A stretch of DNA of 64,000 nucleotides from Phycisphaerae bacterium (GTDB lineage: Bacteria > Planctomycetota > Phycisphaerae > UBA1845). A program made the position numbers and the translations under genes. Positions within the stretch are counted from its first letter, which is position 1. Every line of letters begins with the position of its first letter. Under the pieces are notes generated by a model. That model had not been told where the DNA came from and did not search any database. It was given only the letters and a program-made list of their open reading frames with translations. Location: contig JAJDDX010000424.1 in the NCBI GenBank assembly GCA_029260055.1, positions 20,586 through 84,585 of the forward strand, written 5' to 3'. Below are positions 56,429 to 64,000 of this stretch, one piece after another.

Positions 56429-57016
56429 GTGGGCCACCAGATCACCACACATGCTTCGCTCCTGGCTCGTGTCTCCGACGGCACTGACCGTGCAGCCTGG
56501 CGGGAGTTCTGCGACCGCTACGGCGAGTTGATTCGCGGTTTCGTGCTCCGCAGGGGGCTTCAGCCGGCGGATGCCGACGACATCATGCAGGATGTCTTGG
56601 CGGCTCTGAGCAAGTCGATGTCCGGGTTCGAATATGATCCGGCCAAGGGTATGTTCCGCGGCTACCTCAAGACGCTCGTCGTGCGCTCTATCTACAAGAA
56701 AAAGTTTCAGAAACGTCCCGAAGTCCAACTAGAAGGTATTGAGCAGGCGGCGGAGGCTGCCGGCGACGACGAGACCGAGAGGATGTGGGAACAGGACTGG
56801 CGTCAGTACCACATCCGCCAAGCCATGCGGGCGTTGGCGGTCGAGTTCAACGAGGCGGACCGTGAGGCGTTCGAGCAATACGCCGTTGCCGGGCTTGGCG
56901 CCCAGGGCACGGCCGAGGCGCTCGGGATGAGTTTGGATCAGGTGTACAAGGCCAAGTCGCGCATCCTGAAGCGCCTTAGCGAACTCATCGAGCAACAAAT
57001 ACAAGACGAGGGCTGA
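56429..57016 (+). CDS. ECF sigma factor (planctomycete kinase-associated type)
   Basis: TTHASLLARV...AWREFCDRY, DADDIMQDV, GMFRGYLKT, AEALGMSLDQVYKAKSRILKRL. GTG start inferred. Confidence 0.9.
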   Translation: MGHQITTHASLLARVSDGTDRAAWREFCDRYGELIRGFVLRRGLQPADADDIMQDVLAALSKSMSGFEYDPAKGMFRGYLKTLVVRSIYKKKFQKRPEVQLEGIEQAAEAAGDDETERMWEQDWRQYHIRQAMRALAVEFNEADREAFEQYAVAGLGAQGTAEALGMSLDQVYKAKSRILKRLSELIEQQIQDEG

Positions 57017-57035
57017 GACTCTTTAAGAGCGACCG

Positions 57036-59726
57036 ATGGCCGGCAGTACGGAATGGTTCAGTGACCCCGCCACACTTCTGGAGGAGGTGCAGCGAGGCGG
57101 CCGCGACCGGCATCAGCCGCTGGAGATTCCGGGTTACGGCGATCTGCACGAGCTTCGCCGCGGAGGGCAGGGGGTCGTCTACCGCGGCGTGCAGGTGTCT
57201 ACCAAGCGACCCGTGGCGGTCAAGGTGCTGCTTGATGGCGCGTTTGCGTCCGCGTCGAACCGGCGTCGATTCGAGCGTGAGATCGACATCATCGCGGGCC
57301 TGCGCCATCCGAGCATCGTCAGCATTTACGACAGCGGTACCACATCCGACAATCGTCTCTACTTCGTCATGGAATTCGTCGACGGAAGGCCGCTCGACGA
57401 GTACGTGCGCGCGTGCCGCGACACCGCGCCGAACGCCGCGTCGCATCAGCGTCGCTTGCTCGAGCTGTTCGCCGACGTCTGCGATGCCGTGCAATTCGCG
57501 CATCAAAACGGTGTCATCCATCGTGACCTGAAGCCGAGCAACATCCGCATCGATGCCGCCGGCCATCCGCGCGTGCTGGACTTCGGGCTTGCCAAGTCGG
57601 TGGACAGCGGCGAACGGTCCGCTGCTACGCTGTCCGGTGCGTTCCTGGGTTCGTTGGCGTGGGCGAGTCCGGAGCAGGCTGAAGGGGATTCGTCGCGCAT
57701 CGACGTGCGAAGCGACATCTACTCGCTAGGCGTGGTCATTTATGATCTGCTCACCGGTGACTTTCCCTGTGACGTGACGGGCTCGGTCCGCGAAGTGCTC
57801 GATCGAATCGTCAATGTGGACCCGGAAAGACCGTCGACGGTGGGGCGGAGCGCGCCGGGTGACCGCACCGTCATCGACGATGATCTCGACACCATCGTGC
57901 TGAAGTGCCTTGCGAAAGATCCGGACCGGCGCTACCAGACGGCCTTGGATCTGGCACGCGATGTGCGCCGCCACTTGTCAGGCGAGCCCATCGAGGCCCG
58001 CCGCGACAGTACATGGTACGTTCTCAGCAAGAACCTCCGGCGGTACAAGCTCGTCGCGTCCGTCGCCGGCGCGTTCTTCGTGCTGGCGTTGGGGTTTGCC
58101 GTCGTGATGGTCGTACTCTTCAACCGTGCGGTCAGCGCGGAGCAGTTGGCGGAACGGCGCCTTGTTCGCGCCCAAGACGAGGCGGACAAGAAGACCGCGG
58201 TCAACTCATTCCTCGACGACATGCTCCTTTCCGTCGATGCCGAGCGGAATGGGTATGAGGTGAAGGTGGCGGATGTACTGCACCGCGGGGCCGGCGAAAT
58301 CGAGCGTCAATTCGCGGATCATCCGGAGATCAGGGCATCGCTGCTGGACACGATCGGCACGAGTTTCTACAGCCTGGGACGATATGAGGAGGCGGCCCGG
58401 CTCTTGAGCCGTGGTGTGGCGTTGCAGCGAGAGCTGTCCGGCGATAGCGATGCCGCCACTTTGGACCTGATGGGCAAGCTCGCCGTCGCGCAGCTCTACG
58501 CGGGTGCGGTCGACGAAGCAGATCGGACGATCACCGAGACCGTGCGCCTGGCGGACGAGACGCTGGGTCCGCACCATCCAACGACGTTGGCTTCGCGCGC
58601 CAACCTCGCACTCGTTCGGCATGGTCAGGGCCGGTTGGCGGAGGCCGTCGATCTGGCAGGCGCAGCTCTCGCGGGCCAGCGTCGAGCGCTCGGCGACGAC
58701 CACCGGGACACGCTCACCACGCTGCGGTCCCTGGGCGGGCTACTGCGTGAGCAGGGTGAACTGGCAACAGCGGAGGCGATCCTGCTTGAAGCCTACCAGT
58801 GCTGTGAACGTGCGTTTGGGCCGGAGCATCCTGACACGCTGACGGCCGCCAATAACCTCGCGCTGTTGCTGGATCAACAGGGTCAGTGGGATCGTGCCGA
58901 GGTACTGTTCGACCAAATCGTTCAAACCCAAGAGCGACTTCGCGGCGGTGAGCATCCGGAAACGCTGACCGCGCTGAACAACCTGGGACACGTCATCCAA
59001 GCGCAAGGGCGCTTTGACGAGGCGGTGGTGATCTATCGCCGGGTGCTCGCCGCGAGACGCCGCGTGCTCGGGACGGATCACAGCCTGACCCTGTTATCCA
59101 TGAACAACTTGGCGCGCGTGCTGCATGACCAAGGCGAGCTCGAAGAGGCCTTGCCGCTATTGCGCGAGGCGTACGAAACGATGGAGCGGGTCGAGGGTCG
59201 GGACCATCCGCACACGCTCAACGCCCTCGGTGCGCTGGCCGGCGTGCTTGCTGATACGGGAGAGCTGGATCAGGCTGAGGCGCTGTTCAGCCAAGCCCTC
59301 GAGCTGCAACGTGCCGCTCTTGGCGAGAACCATCCTTCCACACTGATTGCGATGAACAACCTCGCCGGTGTCCGGCGGGATCAGGGACGCCACGCCGAGG
59401 CGCTCGCTCAATACGATCTCCTGCTCGAACGTGCGCCTGGGGTCTTGCCGGCGGGGCATTGGTTCGTCGAGTTGTGCCGAAGTTCATCGGGCTTCTGCCT
59501 GATAAAGCTGGGGCGATTCGATGAGGCGGAAGCTCGCCTGGTCGAAGCACATGCCGCCTTGCTGGCTTCGTTGGGTGCCGACCACGTGCGTACACTTCTT
59601 ACGGCCGCACGCCTCGTCGAGTTGTACGAATCGTGGGGGCGCCCCGAGCAGGCGGCAGCGTTCCGCGTGCAACCCGCGAGCGACGAAACTGACCGCGCAG
59701 ACACGAATGCGCCTTCGGGAGGCTAG
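57036..59726 (+). CDS. Membrane Ser/Thr protein kinase with C-terminal TPR array
   Basis: RGGQGVVY, VAVK, HRDLKPSN, DFGLAK, ASPEQ, DIYSLG; TM; multiple 42-aa repeats of the form LGxxHPxTLxxxNNLA. Confidence 0.95.
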   Translation: MAGSTEWFSDPATLLEEVQRGGRDRHQPLEIPGYGDLHELRRGGQGVVYRGVQVSTKRPVAVKVLLDGAFASASNRRRFEREIDIIAGLRHPSIVSIYDSGTTSDNRLYFVMEFVDGRPLDEYVRACRDTAPNAASHQRRLLELFADVCDAVQFAHQNGVIHRDLKPSNIRIDAAGHPRVLDFGLAKSVDSGERSAATLSGAFLGSLAWASPEQAEGDSSRIDVRSDIYSLGVVIYDLLTGDFPCDVTGSVREVLDRIVNVDPERPSTVGRSAPGDRTVIDDDLDTIVLKCLAKDPDRRYQTALDLARDVRRHLSGEPIEARRDSTWYVLSKNLRRYKLVASVAGAFFVLALGFAVVMVVLFNRAVSAEQLAERRLVRAQDEADKKTAVNSFLDDMLLSVDAERNGYEVKVADVLHRGAGEIERQFADHPEIRASLLDTIGTSFYSLGRYEEAARLLSRGVALQRELSGDSDAATLDLMGKLAVAQLYAGAVDEADRTITETVRLADETLGPHHPTTLASRANLALVRHGQGRLAEAVDLAGAALAGQRRALGDDHRDTLTTLRSLGGLLREQGELATAEAILLEAYQCCERAFGPEHPDTLTAANNLALLLDQQGQWDRAEVLFDQIVQTQERLRGGEHPETLTALNNLGHVIQAQGRFDEAVVIYRRVLAARRRVLGTDHSLTLLSMNNLARVLHDQGELEEALPLLREAYETMERVEGRDHPHTLNALGALAGVLADTGELDQAEALFSQALELQRAALGENHPSTLIAMNNLAGVRRDQGRHAEALAQYDLLLERAPGVLPAGHWFVELCRSSSGFCLIKLGRFDEAEARLVEAHAALLASLGADHVRTLLTAARLVELYESWGRPEQAAAFRVQPASDETDRADTNAPSGG

Positions 59727-59876
59727 AGGCCAGACTCACCGTTGCCGTTCAGTGGGTCGGCCATTCGTCCCCGCTCCGGTTTGACGCATCCTTCACGCCG
59801 ATTATGCTCGATCCCGACGACTTCGACCGTCTCGAAGGCGCTTGCACCTACGTGGAACGAGGCAGGAGTGCTTGCC

Positions 59877-61457
59877 ATGAGTCACTCGTACTACACGCGC
59901 CGCGACATGCTTCGCACCCTCGGAGCCGGGGCGGCGACGGTTGCGCTGCCCGGATGTGCCACGCTCATGCGCCGAAGCGCGACGGCGAATCGGGACCGGC
60001 CGCCCAACATCATCTTCATCATGACCGATGATCACTGCACGCAGGCCATGAGCTGCTACGGTAGCCGCGTCAACCGGACCCCGAACATCGATCGGCTGGC
60101 GAAGGAGGGTATGCGATTCGACAGTTGCTTCTGCACGAACGCCATCTGTGCGCCGAGTCGGGCGGTGATCCTCACCGGCAAGCACAGCCACCTCAACGGC
60201 GTTACGACCAACGCCCATAGCTTTGACGGCACGCAGACGACCTTCCCCAAGTTGTTGCAGCAGGGCGGGTATCAGACGGCGATGATCGGCAAGTGGCATC
60301 TCAAGGACGACCCCACCGGGTTCGACTATTGGGATGTCCTGGTCGGGCAGGGGCCGTACTACAACCCCACGATGATCCGCAACGGCGAGCGGCACAAGCA
60401 TACGGGCTACACGACGGACATCATCACCGACAAGGCCCTGGCGTGGCTCGATGAGGGCCGTGATGACGCGCGGCCGTTCATGCTCATGTGCCAGCACAAG
60501 GCGCCGCACCGCAACTGGCAACCCGGGCCGAAGCATCTGACGATGTATGACGATACGACTATCCCAGAGCCGCCGACGCTCTTCGATGATTGGTCGGGCA
60601 AGGGCAGCGCCGCACCGAAGCAGGAGATGACGATTGCAGAGCACCTCAGTCGCTTCGATCTCAAGCTCGATCCGCCGGGCGGGCTTACGCCTGAGCAGCG
60701 CGCTGCCTGGGACGCTGCGTATGGGCCGAAGAACGAGGCCTTCGAGAAGGCGAAGCTGACCGGGCCGGAGCTGGTTCGGTGGAAGACGCAGCGGTATATG
60801 AAGGATTACTTGCGGTGCGTCGCGTCGGTCGATGACAACATCGGTCGGCTGTTGGACTACCTCGATCGGTCCGGTTTGGCGGATAACACGATGGTGGTCT
60901 ACACGTCGGATCAGGGCTGGTTCCTGGGTGAGCACGGCTGGTACGACAAGCGGTGGATGTACGAGGAGTCGCTGCGCATGCCTTTGCTGGTGCGCTGGCC
61001 GGCGGCGATCAAGGCGGGTTCTGTGAACGACGATCTTTGCCAGAATCTGGATTTTGCCGAGACGTTCCTGGCGGCGGCTGGCGCGAGGGTCCCTGCGGAC
61101 ATGCAGGGCGCCAGTCTGCTTCCTTTGCTGCGGAGTAGGACGCCGGGTGACTGGCGTCAGTCAGTCTATTACCGCTACTATGAGCACCCCGGCGTTCATA
61201 ACGTGCAGCGTCACGAAGGGGTCAGGACGGACCGCTACAAGCTGATCCACTTCTATCGATCGGGCGAGTGGGAGTTCTACGATCTGCACGAGGACCCGGA
61301 TGAGATGCGGAATGCCTACGCCGATCCTGCGCATGCGGCTGTGGTGGCGGACCTGAAGGCGGAACTCGTTCGTCTTCGACAAGTCTACGGCGTGACGGAG
61401 GCGGCAGATCGGGAATACGACGAGCTACTCGAAGGCCGAGCCAAGGGCGCGGGGTAA
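59877..61457 (+). CDS. Tat-exported formylglycine-dependent (S1) sulfatase
   Basis: TRRDMLR plus LPG-C; [11 protein letters not shown]; [11 protein letters not shown] (CxPxR); GKWH; YTSDQG. Confidence 0.93.
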   Translation: MSHSYYTRRDMLRTLGAGAATVALPGCATLMRRSATANRDRPPNIIFIMTDDHCTQAMSCYGSRVNRTPNIDRLAKEGMRFDSCFCTNAICAPSRAVILTGKHSHLNGVTTNAHSFDGTQTTFPKLLQQGGYQTAMIGKWHLKDDPTGFDYWDVLVGQGPYYNPTMIRNGERHKHTGYTTDIITDKALAWLDEGRDDARPFMLMCQHKAPHRNWQPGPKHLTMYDDTTIPEPPTLFDDWSGKGSAAPKQEMTIAEHLSRFDLKLDPPGGLTPEQRAAWDAAYGPKNEAFEKAKLTGPELVRWKTQRYMKDYLRCVASVDDNIGRLLDYLDRSGLADNTMVVYTSDQGWFLGEHGWYDKRWMYEESLRMPLLVRWPAAIKAGSVNDDLCQNLDFAETFLAAAGARVPADMQGASLLPLLRSRTPGDWRQSVYYRYYEHPGVHNVQRHEGVRTDRYKLIHFYRSGEWEFYDLHEDPDEMRNAYADPAHAAVVADLKAELVRLRQVYGVTEAADREYDELLEGRAKGAG

Positions 61458-61492
61458 GCGGGGCGTTGCCTGGTACAGGCGGGATTGCTCGT

Positions 61493-64000
61493 TCAATCGC
61501 CGGGTTGTTCGCCCGCCTCCTTGCGTGCCTCTTTGGCTTGATTCTCCTCGCGAAGCTTCTCGATAGCGGCGCGCACGTCGGCCTCCCAGGGGAAGGGCTC
61601 ATCCTTGGCCGGGTCGTAGGGCGGCAGGTCGGGGATGCCGGCTCCGAGTCGCTCCAGCAGCCCGCGGGCCTTGTCCAGTTCGTACCGGCGGACGTACGGC
61701 TCGCCGTCGGCCCAGGCCCACTCGTAGGCCTTGAGCGCGTGCCGCGTGGCCTGCTCCTCATCGCCGATGGCGAGCCACAGCTCGGCGATGCCACGGTGGA
61801 AGGGACGCCTCATCTCGGCGAGCCGCTCGGCCTCTTCGTGCGGGTGGGGGAGCTGCTTCAGGTGGAACCGGGCGATGGCGAGCAGGGCCTCCGCCAGCCC
61901 GTCGGACTTGCCCACCTCCCGCGCCATGCGCACCGCCTCGTGAAGGCTCTCGGCAGCCGGGCCATATTGGCCCTGCTCCAATTGCCACTCCCCGCGCAGG
62001 CTGTGGAGTCTACGAGTTATCTTGCGGTACTTGCCAATCTCGGCCAAGCGTTCGGCCTTGGCCACGGGCTCTTCCGTCAACAGCCCTTGCTCGAAGAGGA
62101 ACACAGAGTAGGCATGCTCCGCCTCGCCGGGGCGGCAGGCATTGCGCTGCCAGTCGCGCCCCATTGGGTCGAGGACCTGCCACATGGCGCCGGCATCCGC
62201 CCATCGGCCGAGCTTGGTAAACTTCACGAAGCAAGTCAGCCGAGCCGTAAAGAGGTCTTGCAGATCGGGCCGTTGCGTGGCCAGATCGAGGGCTAGAACG
62301 GCGCAGCGTGTCATTCTGGCGAGTTGGTTCCCCGGGGCGAGTGCGGTGGAGATGTTCTGCACCACGGCTTGCACACCGTGCCACCCGGGCTCCCGCAGAT
62401 TGGTTTGCAGGCTTGCGGTAAGGGCTGCCACGGCTTCTTCCAACGCGCCAGTCGCGTAAAATGATGCTCCGACATAATTTGCCAAGTGAGACCCGGAGTG
62501 CGCGTCAAGCTCGCCGGGCTCGGCGGCCCAGCCTTGGGGATAGAAGGGGCGCAAGAGGGACAGCACCTCAGCGTCGGCCTCCAAATTGAAGACGAGTGCG
62601 TTGGACAACTCGCCGTGATAGGCGTCGAAGGCTTGCTGGTGGCGGCCCATCTGGAGCAGCGTGCGAACCACGTGGAGGCCGTCGGCCACGTCCGCGAGCG
62701 TTTCCGCTTGGTCGTACGGGCTGTGCGCTTTCTGGGAGAAGTGATCGACCACGCGCTGACCGAGTTGCTCCGTTTCCGCCTTTCTGAGGCGTCCGCTGAC
62801 TACGCTGCGGACGACGGGGTGCAGGTCGTGGCGTTTGGCCTGACCGTCGTATTGTAGCAGGCCGCGCCGCTCCAGTTCGCGGACCGTTTCCGCTAATCTC
62901 CTGTGGGAAGTGCGGAACTCTGTTGACTGGGCCCGGTCACGCAGGCCCTGCAAGCACTCCTCCCGCTGCCGAGCGGCGGCCGCGTATTCCTTCTCGGCTT
63001 GCTCCTTCTGCTCATGGGACATCCATGGCGAATCGAAGCGGTCCTTCGGTTTGACAGGCTCCGGAAACTCCTCCAGCTCGGGTGGCAGGTGGGGATTGAA
63101 CGCGCTGAGCGTGGCGTAGTCTACTGCCTCCGAGAGCAGCGCCAGTGTGGAGAGGAGTTGGCGGCCCTTGTCGTCAAGCGCCTCCAGGGCGGCGGTGAGG
63201 ATGTGGTTTCGCTTCTGGGTCAGGTCGAGATCGGCGAGGTTGAGCCGGCCACCGCCGTCGGCGTCGGTCGACCAAGCGTCGAAATCACCTCGGTCCGGCA
63301 AGTAGTCATTAATCAGCCCGGCGAGCACGCCGGTGACCAACGGGTGGCAGTCACAGTGGGTCTTGAGGTAGTGCTGTATGGCGGCCGAATCGCCGGTGAC
63401 GCCGCAGCTTCGCAGCAGCGCCTCGGCGTCCGCGGGCCGGAGGCCGGGTAGACGCTCGCGCAGCACGCCGGGGATCGGCTGGCTTGCCTTGTTGAGCAGG
63501 ATGCGCGGCGTCAGTCGCGTGGTCAGGAGGAGCTTCGACGGCGCGGCGGCGGCGAGCGTGCGCAGAAGATCGTCGTCCTCAGGCCGAATCGCGGTGCAGG
63601 GGTCGCGGTCGGCGATCTGATCCGTCGGGGTGTCGGCCTCTTCGTCGCGAAGCTGGGCGGCGTCGAAGCGCTGATAGGCGACCAGTACGCGCTCCAGCCC
63701 GTCGAGGATCAGCAGCCACGGTTTCTCTTGCAGTTGGTTGAGCAGGAGTTCGCCGAGTTCAAGCGTCTTCTTCTTTTTGAACTCCTCGAACGGGCGGCGC
63801 GTCATGTAGGCCAGGGCGCGGCCGCAGAAGTCGGCCATGACGGCGCCCTTCTCGTAGAACGAATACCAGAAGAGGCCGGCCCAGTCCTTGCGAACGGTGG
63901 TGGCGTCGTTGCGCGTCCACTGCCAGGTGAGCATGCTCTTGCCCGCGCCGCCGATGGCCTCGAAGAGCAGGATCGGATGGGCGTCGGCCGGCGACGCCCA
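61493..64000 (-). CDS. STAND NTPase - TPR-like protein, 5' end outside the window
   Basis: The frame is open to the window edge: WASPADAHPILLFEAIGGAGKSMLTW (Walker A), LLILDGLE (Walker B), LLTTR, CHPL, HDLHPVVR, then helical repeats. Confidence 0.85.
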   Translation of the reverse strand, partial: WASPADAHPILLFEAIGGAGKSMLTWQWTRNDATTVRKDWAGLFWYSFYEKGAVMADFCGRALAYMTRRPFEEFKKKKTLELGELLLNQLQEKPWLLILDGLERVLVAYQRFDAAQLRDEEADTPTDQIADRDPCTAIRPEDDDLLRTLAAAAPSKLLLTTRLTPRILLNKASQPIPGVLRERLPGLRPADAEALLRSCGVTGDSAAIQHYLKTHCDCHPLVTGVLAGLINDYLPDRGDFDAWSTDADGGGRLNLADLDLTQKRNHILTAALEALDDKGRQLLSTLALLSEAVDYATLSAFNPHLPPELEEFPEPVKPKDRFDSPWMSHEQKEQAEKEYAAAARQREECLQGLRDRAQSTEFRTSHRRLAETVRELERRGLLQYDGQAKRHDLHPVVRSVVSGRLRKAETEQLGQRVVDHFSQKAHSPYDQAETLADVADGLHVVRTLLQMGRHQQAFDAYHGELSNALVFNLEADAEVLSLLRPFYPQGWAAEPGELDAHSGSHLANYVGASFYATGALEEAVAALTASLQTNLREPGWHGVQAVVQNISTALAPGNQLARMTRCAVLALDLATQRPDLQDLFTARLTCFVKFTKLGRWADAGAMWQVLDPMGRDWQRNACRPGEAEHAYSVFLFEQGLLTEEPVAKAERLAEIGKYRKITRRLHSLRGEWQLEQGQYGPAAESLHEAVRMAREVGKSDGLAEALLAIARFHLKQLPHPHEEAERLAEMRRPFHRGIAELWLAIGDEEQATRHALKAYEWAWADGEPYVRRYELDKARGLLERLGAGIPDLPPYDPAKDEPFPWEADVRAAIEKLREENQAKEARKEAGEQPGD

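Overview
This is a high-GC chromosomal segment, most likely from Planctomycetota (Phycisphaerae-like). That placement is inferred from the ECF sigma/Ser-Thr kinase pairs, IPTL-CTERM-like sorting signals, dockerin-like ends and Cys/Asp-rich repeats. I found about 40 CDSs and no rRNA, tRNA, CRISPR array or transposase that I can support. Left to right, the window holds: a MacAB-type export operon with a secreted QW-repeat (prenyltransferase/squalene-cyclase fold) protein; a SAM methyltransferase; a two-gene CHAT protease-STAND NTPase-TPR + small ORF module; a lipoprotein with an ECF/anti-sigma pair; a benzoate-CoA ligase; an AT-richer polar-amino-acid ABC pair whose ATPase carries a GAF-like tail; a pseudo-receiver FixJ-type regulator and an ECF/kinase pair; a tandem array of four related surface proteins; an IclR-controlled run of genes (Tat sugar isomerase, VOC protein, dhaK, dhaL, lsrF) that continues into a hydrazine-synthase-like cytochrome pair; an M1 peptidase; a 1844-aa repeat protein; a second ECF/kinase pair; a sulfatase; and a second, truncated STAND-TPR protein. 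The best candidates for undescribed systems are (1) the CHAT-NLR + putative cleavable effector, (2) the hydrazine-synthase-like pair inside a sugar-catabolic operon, and (3) the diversified surface-protein array with a visible microhomology gene-fusion scar. All family calls come from motif recognition by eye; no searches were run.
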